The notes beneath the pieces are model-generated. The model was not told where the DNA came from. It saw only the letters and a program-made list of their open reading frames with translations, and did not search any database. DNA of 64,000 bases from Octopus sinensis (lineage: Eukaryota), in contig NC_042999.1 in the NCBI RefSeq assembly GCF_006345805.1, forward strand, positions 127,286,001-127,350,000, read 5' to 3'. Made by a program: the position numbers and the translations under genes. Below are positions 12,455 through 24,950 of the stretch, piece after piece; within the stretch, counting starts at the first letter, position 1; the number at the start of each line of letters is the position of its first letter.

Positions 12455-13911
12455 ACACATGCATACATCCATGAATTTTTATGGATATAATTATGAAGGA
12501 TTTTTTTAAGTTCATTTGTCTTCGTGCATGTCGCATAAAGCAATTATGGAGTCAGTTTGTCATATAGAATGTTATACAATATGTAACATTTTCAGCACAG
12601 CTTGCTTCAGTGACTTTTAAGGACCTTTTTTTTTTTCTGGTATGATCCCTGCCCAATTGGCATTTCACTAACCCTTATCTTTAATTAGCAGTTGGGTTTA
12701 GTAATCAGAGACTGTTATTTGTCTGGTTGTCTTACTTATTGACTTAAATGGATTATAGATTAGAATAACACAATCTAATTAGTTAATTTGGCATTAGTGC
12801 AATGCCATTAGATCACTAATCAGTAGATCTACCACAGTGGTGCAATTAAACTGACTGCCAAGTTTGATTGACCCTTTCCTCTCTGAATTTTTTGAAATCC
12901 ATAACTGTAGATTGTATCTCAATGTTACTTGTGTCTAAGTTTTATGTTAATCCTGATCCAGCTGAACTATAATGGAAAATGATTCAGCAAACTTATGATC
13001 AAAGGGTTCCACCCATGGCCATTCCATTTTTTGATCAGATATAATATATCTAGGACTATATTATTCAATGTTTCATTTCATGTTGTAGAAAGTAGGATGT
13101 GGTATGAGGATGATTTTTGCTGCTGTATCTAGAAAATTGAGTGACCACTCACAAGTTTCATATCTCAGCTGTAATTTTCATTGGTGGACCTCTGAGTTAA
13201 TACTTGCTAGCAAACCAAACTGTGATCATCACTCAGTCTATGATCCTCGGAGACAATTATTCCCCTTGACTAGGAAAAATACTTGACACTCCTCATTTGC
13301 AGGGCCTTGTTCTTTTCTCATACAGATATGTTGTTTTCATTAGGATCCTCAATCCAATCACCTGACTTGCTAGAAATAGGAGCCAATTCTTCAAATTTCA
13401 TTCAACCACCTTAAAAATAGGTGAATATACAGGTTACAGATAAGATAGGTTACTGTCATTGTGTAATGATATCAAGTCATATCTGAGCCAAGAGACCTAT
13501 GATCATAGCTAATCCAACCATGGCTATCTAAAATTTTTCTTCCTTTTTTTTCAAACATAGTGTATCTATATCTGGAAATATAAAAGACTTGTATTTTAGT
13601 GGCAAGCCACTAAAATAACATCTGACTTTTTATAACAGCAGTTGTATAATAACTTGTAATGAAATAATCGACACTGTTCAGAATGCTTAATAGAACAATA
13701 ATAATTTATTATGAGAGGATGTGATGATAGCATTAAATCAAGGTTTGCATGCCAGTATGCAGGGTATAGCATTCAGAGATATGGTATAACAGTGTCCTGA
13801 GTGAACAGAAGAAAAGTTTGAGCTTCTTGTTATAGGGTCACAAATCCAGAAAAAGGTGTATACAGCATTTTAAACATGTAACACTTACTGTTATTGTTTG
13901 TTGTAAAATGT

Positions 13912-14095
13912 GAAGCCTTGTGAGTGGATTTGGTAAACGGAAACTGAAAGAAGCCCGTCGTATATATGTATATATATGTGTGTGTATATGTTTGTGTGTC
14001 TGTGTTTGTCCCCCCAACACCACTTGACAACCGATGTTGGTGTGTTTACATCCGATAGGATAAGTACTAGGCTTGACTAAAGTCGGTGCTCCAGT
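13912..14095 (+). mobile_element. SINE type A internal fragment
   Basis: AAGCCTTGTGAGTGGATTTGGTAAACGGAAACTGAAAGAAGCCCGTCG matches the copy at 735-1096. Confidence 0.75.
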
Positions 14096-14311
14096 ATATA
14101 TATATATAAATTTTAGGGTAGCAAAAAATTCTCCGCTACCAGCAGTCAAGTGAGAAAGAAGAAATAGTCAATAGACTATGTAATATACATTCAAACATAT
14201 AAGGGATGGCCATAATAGGACATCTGACTCACTAGAAAGAGCAGTTAAACTCCAAACCACTAATAGTTGTAATTCTGAAATGGAAAGAGAAATAAAAACG
14301 TTCACCCTATC

Positions 14312-14395
14312 CTTTCTGGATTATGCATAGTTTCTGCAATCTTTTGTAAATAAAATAAATTTATTTCCGACCGGCATTGACTCTTCAGCAGAAAG
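14312..14395 (-). ncRNA. Degenerate inverted copy of the hammerhead
   Basis: Same layout as 14520-14603, but stem II is GTCAAT/ATTGCA (mismatched) and the cleavage triplet is AUC. Confidence 0.7.
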
Positions 14396-14519
14396 CCAAG
14401 GACTAGCATATAGACACGAGGCGATAATAACCATGCCTCAGGTGGTAGATTTTGAAAAGTTATAGCATATAGACTCGAGGCATGGTTATTATTGCATCGT
14501 GCTATATGCTAGTCCTTGG

Positions 14520-14603
14520 CTTTCTGCTGAAGAGGCAATGCCAGTCGGAAATAAATTTATTTTATTTACAAAAGATTGCCGAAACTATGCATAGTCCAGA
14601 AAG
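14520..14603 (+). ncRNA. Canonical type-I hammerhead ribozyme
   Basis: Stem I CTTTCTG/CAGAAAG; core CTGAAGA; stem II GGCAAT/ATTGCC; GAAA; stem III ACTATGCATAGT (palindromic); GUC cleavage triplet ending at 14596. Confidence 0.88.
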
Positions 14604-14752
14604 GATAGGGTAAACGTTTTTATTTCTCTTTCCATTTCAGAATTACAACTATTAGTGGTTTGGAGTTTAACTGCTCTTTCTAGTGAGTCGGATGTCCTAT
14701 TATGGCCATCCCTTATATGTTTGATTATATATGTATATATATATATATATAT

Positions 14753-15290
14753 ATCATCATCATCATCATCATCATCGTTTAACGTCCGCTTTCCATGCTA
14801 GCATGGGTTGGACGGTTCAACTGGGGTCTGGCAAGCCCAAAGGCTGCACCAGGCCAGTCAGATCTGGCAGTGTTTCTACAGCTGGATGCCCTTCCTAACG
14901 CCAACCACTCTGAGAGTGTAGTGGGTGATTTTATGTGCCACCGACACAGGTGCCAGACGAGGCTGGCAGACGGCCATGCTCGGATGGTGTTTTTTATGTG
15001 CCACCGACACAGGTGCCAGACGAGGCTGGCAGACGGCCACACTCGGATGGTGTTTTCTTATGTGCCATCGACACAGGTGCCAGATGAGGCTGGCGAACGG
15101 CCACGATCGGATGGTGTTTGTTACGTGCCCACAGCACAGAGGCCAGTCGATGCGGTACTGGCTACGGCCACGTTTGGATGGTTTTCTTGTGTGCCACCAG
15201 CACTGGTACCACAAAGATACAAATTCCATTGATGTTCATCTATTTTGATTTGGTTTGATTTGATTTGATTTGATTTTCATTTGATTTGAT
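14753..15290 (-). mobile_element. RTE 3'-end fragment (young)
   Basis: Near-identical reverse complement of ~3930-4445. Confidence 0.88.
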
Positions 15291-15407
15291 ATATATATAT
15301 ATATATATACATACGCACACACACATACACACACACACATACATACATATATATATATATATATAATATATATATATATACACACACATCATCATCATCA
15401 TCATCAT

Positions 15408-15438
<31 letters not shown>

Positions 15439-16043
15439 GCAATAATTATAATGATATAGAACATGGAAAGTATGTAGTCCTCAAAATTTATTTCCTTTTT
15501 TTTACGTACCAGCTTCCAGGAATGTGTTTAGTATGTAAATTAGTATATCCAGTAACATGACACTACTATGTAATGGCTGAGATACAGCATAAACGCCCAT
15601 TATCCATATTATCATCCTCAATCTCATTGTTTGTTTACATCTGACGTCTTGGATACAATATGGAATGTCATAACAAAGTCAGTACTGGCTGTAATTTCTT
15701 TAGGAAATCTGTAGAAATGACCTTAACATGTGATTTACGTGCACTGCTAACACAGTAGTCCATGGTATTGACTTATAAAAACATTTAGTATACTTTATAG
15801 CATAGTATGGTTTCATAACAAAATACAGTGTGCCTACAAGTTATTAATAAAATTCCTTCATCCAAGGAAATGGAAGGGATAGTAAGAGACAAAGAACTGA
15901 TAATGTAAAAGTTCTAGCAGCTAACTTAGATAAATTATTGGGACACACTGATAAAGAAGTAAAGGCCAACCAGGGAGTAATAAAAGTCACAAAATAGTAG
16001 TTACATGTGAAAAGAAAAAGATGCAAATATATGTATGTATATG

Positions 16044-16075
<32 letters not shown>

Positions 16076-16105
16076 TGTATGTATGTATGTATGTATGTAT
16101 GTATG

Positions 16106-16140
<35 letters not shown>

Positions 16141-16292
16141 ACACATACACACGTGCACACACACACACAAATGTATAAAAATGTAAAATAAACCAAGAGG
16201 ATGACAAAAATGAAGACTGAAATAGAAAAGACAATAAAAAAATTAATGTATTTAGCTAACATCAAATTAAAACTATGCGTAAAATATCTCAT

Positions 16293-16368
<76 letters not shown>

Positions 16369-16376
16369 ATATATTA

Positions 16377-16431
<55 letters not shown>

Positions 16432-16439
16432 GTGATCTC

Positions 16440-16640
16440 TTGAGCACCACCAGCAAAAAAATTTTTTTCCTCTGTCTTCCCTTCTCGGGATCTTTCCTTC
16501 TCCTTTGTTTCCGACGAAGAGCTCCGCTCAAAACGTTAAACCCTCCTTCCCTTCTTTCCTGAGCGTCAATAATACTTTAATTGTTCCACGTCCTTGCGTT
16601 GCTGTGTTTTTTTTCTGTGTTTTCTTGTTTGGATTAACTA
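16440..16640 (+). mobile_element. Penelope-like cassette with mutated hammerhead (16507-16541)
   Basis: Homolog of 1115-1325; GTTT-CcGACGAA-GAGCTCCGCTC-aAAA-CGTT-AAAC. Confidence 0.65.
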
Positions 16641-16880
16641 TATATATATATATATATATACACACCTATACATATATATATATATATAATATATATATAT
16701 TGTTTGTAGAAAACATAAATCCGGAGAAGAAGCACACTCTAAGAAGGCCGGTTTATGGGATTACCCAGGGTAATCCCATAAACTGGCCTTCCCCAATAAA
16801 AAAAAAAATACATATATATTTATTTAAGGTGTACTCCATTGGCATCAAAGTCACAGCTTCACTAACAGGGTAACAATTGT

Positions 16881-16986
16881 ATATCACCTGAGGAGATATA
16901 ATAGGATCCCATATACAGGTAAACCGTTGCTTACTTTAAATCCTGTGTATATGTGGATCTATGTTGTATTGAAACATGTGTAATAT
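16881..16986 (+). ncRNA. Degenerate hammerhead with long stem II
   Basis: ATATCAC-CTGAGGA-[GATATAATAGGATCCCATATACAGG...CCTGTGTATATGTGGATCTATGTTGTATT]-GAAA-CATGT-GTAATAT; the cleavage nucleotide appears deleted. Confidence 0.6.
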
Positions 16987-16994
16987 TTATTAAA

Positions 16995-17600
16995 TAAATT
17001 TCTTTATTGGGCACATAGGGCTAGACACAGAGGGGACAGTTACAATGTAGAGTTTTTCTTTTCAAGGGGGGGGGGGGGGCGAAAACAAAGTAAAAAAAAC
17101 AAAAATAGGGACAATGATCAAAAGGGATTGAAATCGTTGGGGATATATGCAAAAAATGTCGAAATAGTACAAAAAGTTCCCAAGAAATGGGGAGGTTTAT
17201 CTGTGGAAAGAAAAACCTACGAAAAGACCACAGTAACCTCAGGCAATTACATCACATATTAACATATTTATTTACAAACAAGTAACTCTCTGTTTTAAAT
17301 TTTTACAGTTCATAGGATCATGCTCAAGGTGGCTTCGTCATTCATACATGTCATCCTTGCTATATTCACCCTTCTTTTTTTGAAACAGTCGCTAGACAAA
17401 AATTCCCTCTCTACACTCACCTTCCTTTTCAAGTGATACTTGTAAAAGTTGATGAGAAATTGACCAGAGAGGAAAGTGTTTGTCTCTAATCCTTTCAGAT
17501 ACATTCTTTTGCCATAGCCACAAGTATTATGAAAATAGCTCTTCCTTCCCGTTTGAAGGAAGGAGGCATGACGATAGCTGTCTAACCATATTCCTTCTTG
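16995..17600 (-). mobile_element. Probable L1/Tx1-like LINE 3' end
   Basis: Short decayed ORF end (17310-17504), pyrimidine-rich 3' UTR and AATAAA on the minus strand; clade assignment is by general resemblance only. Confidence 0.4.
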
Positions 17601-17618
17601 TTGACTCTATTTTATTCA

Positions 17619-17655
<37 letters not shown>

Positions 17656-18968
17656 CTCAAAATATCTTGAATGTTTTAGATCAAATTCTTTTGACTACTA
17701 TAAGTGCTGGCATGGCTATATGGTTAGGATGTTTGCTTTTCAACCATATGGGTTTGGGTTCAGATCCACTGCATCTGTCCATCAATGATTGCATATGTTG
17801 TTTGTTGTTTTGTTCCTTCTCACAGGTGAGCTGCTAGATGCGGGAGGAAAGAGAGAGAGAAAGTTGTGGTGGAAGAGTCAGCAGTGGAACTTAGGTGTTT
17901 TGCTCATAAACACACACATCGCCCAGTCTGACATTTGAACCCACACTCCTTCGATTGTGAGTCCACTGCTCTAACCACAAGGCCATGTGCCTTCACAGTT
18001 GTATATGTGGAAGATTCTAATTTGGTAATCATATTAGTCCACATTTATGAATGAACTCCATTCAATAAATAAATTTCACTAAAGAAGTATAAGAATTTTT
18101 CCATATTATAATGGATGAGATTTTGTTTTCCTTGAAGCAGTTCTTACTACCGCTAGCCATAGATCACAATTGGAAATTGATTTTTTTCAGACAAACTAGA
18201 ATAGACTATGATATATACCTTGTTCAGGAATGCACAAAGTGAGGAGGCAGGTGAACAGCAGCATTGATTGAGTAGCCAAAATGACTTCTGGCATTTGGTT
18301 AAATTTCTTTACATTCTGAGTTCAGATCTTGTGGCTAGCTCTCCTTTTCATCTTTCTGGGAGGAAAGGTCCATAAAATAGGTTACAGTGAAATATTGGAG
18401 TAAATCTTAATTGACTTCACCTACCACCAACATATGTGGCCTTCTGATTTTTATAGGAATAATTGTTTAGTGTAAGGAAGAGGTGGGGTGATATTTTAAC
18501 CATTGCAAGAACACACTTTCCTGATTCTGCATTGATGAGATCAACACAGTTGATATACATTTTTATTCTTTTACTTGTTCCTGTCATTGGACTGTTGCCA
18601 TGCTGGAACCTGATTGCAAAGTGATTGGTCAATCGAATTGGACCCAACACTTCTTTTTAAGTTTTTAAGTCTGGTGCTTATTTTATCAGTCTCTGGTATG
18701 TTTCTTGTTGAACAGCTAAGAAATGATGCCTATAAGCAAACCAAGACTGGTTGTCAAATGGTGAGAAAGAAACAGAAACTCAGAAGACACGTGTGTGCAC
18801 ATTACGGTGTGTGTATGCCTGAGAATGTACACACATATGTTTGTATGTGTATGTGTAAATGTGTGTATCTATCGTCATCATCATCATCGTCATCATCATC
18901 ATCATCATTATCATCATCATCATCATCATTTAACGTCCATTGTCCATGCTTGCATGGACAATGGACGT

Positions 18969-19011
<43 letters not shown>

Positions 19012-19021
19012 GGTTTCAGTG

Positions 19022-19362
19022 AAGGCGCATGGCTCAGTGGTTAGAGCGTTGAGCTTACGATCCTGAGGTTGTGAGCTCGAATCCTGGACCGGGCTGCGAG
19101 TTGTGTTCTTGAGCAAGGCACTTTATTTCACGTTGCTCCAGTTCACTCAGCTGTAGAAATGAGTTGCGACGTCACTGGTGCCAAGCCGTATCGACCTTTG
19201 TCTTTCCCTTGGATAACACTGGTGGCATGGAGAGGGGAGGCTGGTATGCATGGGCGACTGCTGGCCTTCCATAAACAACCTTGCCCAGACTTGTGTCTAG
19301 GAGGGTAACTTTCTAGGTGCAATCCCATGGTCATTCATGACCGAAGGGGGTCTTTACCCTTT
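19022..19362 (+). mobile_element. tRNA-derived SINE, type C
   Basis: GGCGCATGGCTCAGTGGTTAGAGCG...GAGCTCGAATCC tRNA-like head followed by TTGAGCAAGGCACTTTATTTCAC body; homolog at 55336-55658. Confidence 0.85.
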
Positions 19363-19661
19363 ATATATGGTTTCACTAGAGATGACAAGCTGAAGAGCTG
19401 CACCAGACTCCAGTCTAACTTGGCATGGTATCTATGGCTGGATTCCATTCTTAATTCCAATCACTTTACAAGTGTGCTGGGTACTTTTACATAGCACAGC
19501 AGGCACAGGTGCTTTTGTGCGGCACCATGCATGTTTATATATATGTATATATGTGCGTGCGTGTGTGTGTGTGCATATATACAAAGCTACATATACATAT
19601 ATATATATATCATGTTGTACTTAGAAGTGATGCACAGTGCTAAATATTATATATTATATAT

Positions 19662-20980
19662 GAAGGTAGACAAATCACAAACGCCTTCAGGTAGATGGCC
19701 CTGCTCGATCTGTAGAAAAGGTGTAGGTAGAAACTCTATAAGATGCACCAAGTGTAAGCTATGGACACATAAGAGGTGCAGCAATGTCAAAGGAAGGCTA
19801 ACTAGGAAGATGGTTTTTGTATGTGGCAGATGCTCAGGAACAATAAACACTGAAAATGCTCTGTCACTTTCCAGGGAGAAAAACTAGAAATAGTTGATAG
19901 CTTCCGTTACCTAGGTGACCAAGTCAGCAGTGGGGGTGGGTGTGCTGAAAGTGTAACTGCTAGAGTAAGAATAGCTTGGGTAAAGTTCAGAGAGCTCTTA
20001 ACTCTGCTGGTGACAAAAGGCCTCTCGCTCAGAGTAAAAGGCAGACTGTATGACGCATGTGTACAAACAGCCATGCTACATGGCAGTGAAACATGGGCCG
20101 TGACTGCTGAGGATATGCGTAAGCTCGCAAGAAATGAAGCCAGTATGCTCTGATGGATGTGTAATGTCAGTGTTCATACTCGACAGAGTGTAAGTACCTT
20201 GAGAGAAAAGCTGGACCTAAGAAGCATCAGATGTGGTGTGCAAGAGAGACGTTTGCACTGGTATGGACATGTGGCAAGAATGGATGAAGATAGTTGTGGG
20301 AAAAAGTGCCACACCCTAGCGGTTGAGGGAACCTGTGGAAGAGGCAGACCCAGGAAAATCTGGGACGAGGTGGTGAAGCACGACCTTCGAACTTTAGGTC
20401 TCACTGAGGAAGTGACTAGAGACCGGGACCTCTGGAAGTATGCTGTGCGTGAGAAGACCCGGCAGGACAAGTGAGACCATAACCCGTGGCCTTCTACATG
20501 GGATGTAGCCAGTCCACTTATGCATACCTTCCCTTCTTGGGACACAAAACTCTACAAGTGAGAATCAGAATCGAAATCGATAAATGGAAATTGCAGCTGA
20601 GTTACCAGTGCCGGTGGCACGTAAGAGAACCATCCGAACGTGGCTGTTGCCAGTGCCGCCCCAACTGGCCTCGTGCCACGTAAAAAGCACCATCCATTCA
20701 TGGCCGTTGCCAGCCAGCCTCGCCTAGCCCCCGTGCCGGTGGCACATAAAAAGCACCATCCGATCGTGGCCGTTTGCCAGACTCGTCTGGCACCTGTTGC
20801 GGTGGCATGTAAAAAGCACCCACTACACTCATGGAGTGGTTGGCGTTAGGAAGGGCATCCAGCCGTAGAAACATTGCCAGATCAAACTGGGCCTGGTGCA
20901 GCCTTCTGGCTTCCCAGACCCCAGTTGAACCGTCCAACCCATGCTAGCATGGAAAGTGGACACTAAACGATGATGATGAT
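19662..20980 (+). mobile_element. 5'-truncated RTE LINE: Cys/His finger, RT thumb, 3' UTR, (GAT)n
   Basis: WPCSICRKGVGRNSIRCTKCKLWTHKRC, FRYLGD, RLHWYGHVARM, GRGRPRKIW; internal stops. Confidence 0.92.
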
Positions 20981-21179
20981 ATATTATGCAGTTCTGAATT
21001 GTATGTATTAAATGCTTTCAAAATGTTGTTTGATTTGATTTGATTACACACACACTTGCATGTATCCATACATGCATCCATCCATACACACATACATACA
21101 TGCATACATACATAAAGACAGACAGACATGCATACATACATACATACATACATACATACATAAATACATACATAAATAC

Positions 21180-21210
<31 letters not shown>

Positions 21211-21359
21211 AATACATACATACATCCATACATACATACATACATACATATATACATACATGCATACATACATATACATACATACATACATACATACATA
21301 CATACATACATACATACATAAATACATACAGTGGAAAACAACTATTTTCTGGACATGAA

Positions 21360-21562
21360 TGTGGTTAGAAAAATACAAGAGAAAGAGGACATCTATGGAC
21401 CATTGAGAAGGAGTTTGCAAATCCAGTATCCAAGATAGACTTTCAACTTGATACCTATTATTATTGGAGCAACAGGATACATATCAACCCATCTAGACTG
21501 GACTTGTTATCTTGGGGAGAGAATGCAATTCTTTAATTCATATGCTACAAATGATTGCGATA
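21360..21562 (+). mobile_element. Old R4/Dong-like endonuclease-domain fragment, interrupted by the hAT element
   Basis: KIQEKEDIYGPLRRSLQIQYP*..LIPIIIGATGYI; appears to resume after 24958. Confidence 0.55.
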
Positions 21563-21570
21563 TCTGGGAC

Positions 21571-24500
21571 GAGTGGTGGATCTACAATATTGGGGCCCTG
21601 AAGCTTAAAATGTTATGCCCCCCCCCTTTACAACCAGCAACAGTAGAGTAACATCCAACAAGGGTCAAAAAATTTTCGTGCCCTTGCAAGGTACTCCAGC
21701 TTGAGGCCTCGATAGCTCAAATGGTGGAGTTGTGATGTGGTGTCCTTAAAAATGAGTCTGATAGTGAGTTTTAGAGTTATGGGGGCTGAAAATTAGGGAA
21801 GCATTATATACATGCATGATGCATCATTAAGATACATAGGAAAACTACAAAACTCTCTTTTTTCTGTTTTTTTGTAGCAACAGCTTCCTTGCAATGTCAT
21901 TTTCTAGAGACAATATGTATAAGGAATTTCAGCGCTCTTCAGTCATGGTAGGCTGAAATTTATTCTTTACAAAGGAAAGCTTTGAGAAACTCCTTTCTGC
22001 TTCACAGCTCATGACAGGCATTGTCAAGTACAGCTTATGTGCAGTAGTAATATAAGGGGACACTTCAATTAATTATTACTCATAAATAAGCTGAAGAACT
22101 TCTGTGCATTGCATTTTAGATGGTGTGTTTTCTTCTGAGTCCCAGGATTTCCTAACTGATAACACTCATTTATTAATTTGTGGTCAATATCGTCTTTGTA
22201 ATGCAATATTATAAGTTTGATACTGTTCTCATCAAATTCTGAATTGTTCATCAATTCTGAGAGAAACTTGAGCCCATTTGCAATCTACTCGTATGGGTCC
22301 ATCCTCTTGCTTAACTGAATTAACAAGCAGTCATAGACTTGATTTAGAACTATCCCAACTTTTTCAGTCCCTTTCAAAGAAGCCCTGCCGCTTGTTCCAT
22401 CTGCAAATTTCTTTGTAACAATGCATTTGGAAATATCAGAATAATTTGAGGTGATGTATTCACATAAACTTTTTGCTACTGATTCATAGTGTGCAATCCT
22501 GTTGGCTGAATTTTCTTGTAGTTCTTTAACAAATGAAAGCAAAGATGCTAGCAGAAGGTAACCTTCAAATATATCAGAACCATGCGTTTGGAGTTACTTA
22601 CTTGTTCCGTTAAAATGCTCCATAACTTCTTCCCAAATGACTGTTAAAACAGCTTATTCCAATTTTACCACTCATGGTATAAATTCTTTACATCTCGCTT
22701 AAATTCAGGCTTCGCTACTGAGTCTTCAAACATACATTTGAGAATTTGTAAAATATCCCTATATCCATTTTTAATTGCCTGGACTGCTTCATAGTGTGCA
22801 GACCATCTAATTACACTTAGGCACTTAAGTGAAAAGGCTAGATTGCCCTGTGTGTTCAAAATCCCCCATCTTTGAGGAGATTCAAGAAAATATACAGCTG
22901 CTGCAAGATGCCAAAATAGTCAACAACTTCAGGTACAGAAGACACTGCCTTTTACCAAACAAGGTTGAGTGAATGGCTTGCACATGGTACACAGTCTTCA
23001 TACCTGTTAATGATTTTAAGAAGTGCTTGCAGCCCTTTCTCCAAGTCCTTGATGTTGGAAGCATTATCATACGACTGGCCATGGACATTTTCAAGTGAAA
23101 ACTTATCCTCCCCCCAAAACTGTTATTTTGTTGAGCAAAATCGTGGATGAATGTTTTTCTATTGGAAAAAATGCTAAAAACCTCTTACAGGGTTTTCCAT
23201 TATAACAGTATCGAACTACAATTACAAGCTGGTCAACATGTGTTGTGTCAGGTGTGGAGTAAACAATAATTGAGTAGTGTTTTGTGACTAGGTAGTTGAT
23301 CTGATTCACCACTTCACCCTTCACATGTTTTCCCATGATTTCTATCAATTCTTCATACACAGATTTGGATAGGCAAGTAATATTTACTTTTTAATTTTTA
23401 CATTTCTCTAAATGTTCATGTAAAAATGGGTCAAACTCCACAATAGGCTCAATGGCCCCCGTGAAATTTCCATTGTCTGGGGAGCCCCACATTTCCTCAT
23501 GACCTCTAAATGTAAACTTCTTTCACTTAAAAACTTTATAACTGCTACAACTCTTTTCAGTACTTCAAAATAATACTGCATGATTTTTTCAGCTGTTCCT
23601 CAAATTGCTGATCCACAGTGTTTTATTTGATTTTTGTGTTAGCCAGCTCAACATCGCCCTGTTATTTTTCATGCTGTCTTCATGATTTTCTAGAGTTCTG
23701 AGTATATTCATCCAATCAGAAAACCCATCCATTGTAAGTGATATTTGGCATTTAGAAAAGAGTTTGCTCTTTGAGTAAACTAACCAGGATCTCATCACAG
23801 TCTGACCATTTTCAATCTTTTTTTCAAAGTACTTGTTTGAGAAACTTCGATTTTGCTGTTTGTAAATATTGTTGGACTCAGTATATACATTTTCTGGTTT
23901 TTTATTTTGACAAAAAAAAAAAACCTGATGTCTTACATTAAAATGTTTTGTATGAAATCATTATCAATCATTATCAATTGTTATGGGCCAGTTTGCCTGG
24001 TCACTGTATTCTTTGAAATGATTAAATTTGCTTCCTGTTTCCTTTTTTTGCTCTCTCTTTTTTTTTTGAAGTTCTTGACTATCGTGATTATCATCTGCAT
24101 CAAAAGAGTCAACAGTAGGTTGATTATTGCAATACAGAGCACTCATGGTTTGTGCACTATCATTGACCTCACTGGTGCTTGCCTGGCTTGTTTCAGTTGC
24201 AGGTGATGACAAACTTTTACTTGACATTGTAAAATAGTTTGATAGTTTTTGATATTCAGAAATTTCGTTAGATTGCTTTTCCTTGAGTTGGTGTTTCTGG
24301 TATCCACTTAAGTACTTTCTTGAAGACATTGCTATTCCTCTTGGAGTCTAGACTTCAGTGTAAAAAAAATCATGGTAATATTTGCATTAGCCACAATGAG
24401 ACAGAGATTGATCAAGATAAGGGTCCACAACTTAATATAGTCATAAATGAAGAATTGTTCATTCTGTACAAGGTGATATTCAAACAAGTTTTAAAGTAGA

Positions 24501-24950
24501 AAGAATGCTTTGTTACTGAACAGATTGTAAGCCCAAGATTAGGAGGCAAACCCTTTCATTGGTCATTAAATAATGGTGTGAAAATAAGAATTCTTATCTA
24601 TACCATGCTGATGTAGTAGTAGACATATTTGAACAATGGGAGGGGCAGGGCCGAAGTTTCCAAAATAATTCAAGCGAATTATCTGTGAGTCGTTTGCACT
24701 TTTATTTTTTATGCTACACCACACTGGCAGACACATCAGGTGAGCAACTTGTGGCTAGACACTGCATGTCTAGACTCTGCATAGGAATATGATACAATGT
24801 CCACTACGAATGGGAACAGCAATCTGCACGGCAAAATAAAAAACAAAATATTGACAAAAATGAAAAAATTAAGTTGCTTCAGAGGGGCCCCTCTGGGACT
24901 AGGAGCCCTGAAGCTTAAGTTTCATTAGTTTTATGGTAGATCCGCCACTG
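21571..24950 (-). mobile_element. Full-length decayed hAT DNA transposon
   Basis: TIRs gAGTGGtGGATCTAC / GTAGATCCGCCACTG; 8-bp TSD TCTGGGAC at 21563-21570 and 24951-24958. Confidence 0.95.
21880..24329 (-). pseudogene. hAT transposase pseudogene (TTF-type zinc finger / DUF4371-like)
   Basis: MSSRKYLSGYQK, RSWLVYSKS, GFSDW, YSIIVYSTPDTTHVDQL, GQSYDNA, RWSAHYEAV, MPVMSCEAERSFSKL; many stops and frameshifts. Confidence 0.9.

Larger units (their letters stand above)
14191..14724. repeat. 534-bp palindrome: head-to-head inverted Penelope-like termini
   Basis: Arms 14191-14439 and 14477-14724 are near-perfect reverse complements with a 37-nt spacer; each arm carries a hammerhead. Confidence 0.92.

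Noticed and set aside
19022-19095. tRNA gene (also 55340-55410)
   Set aside because: tRNA-like head runs directly into a SINE body; the acceptor stem is incomplete; the 55.3-kb copy has a TSD around the whole element
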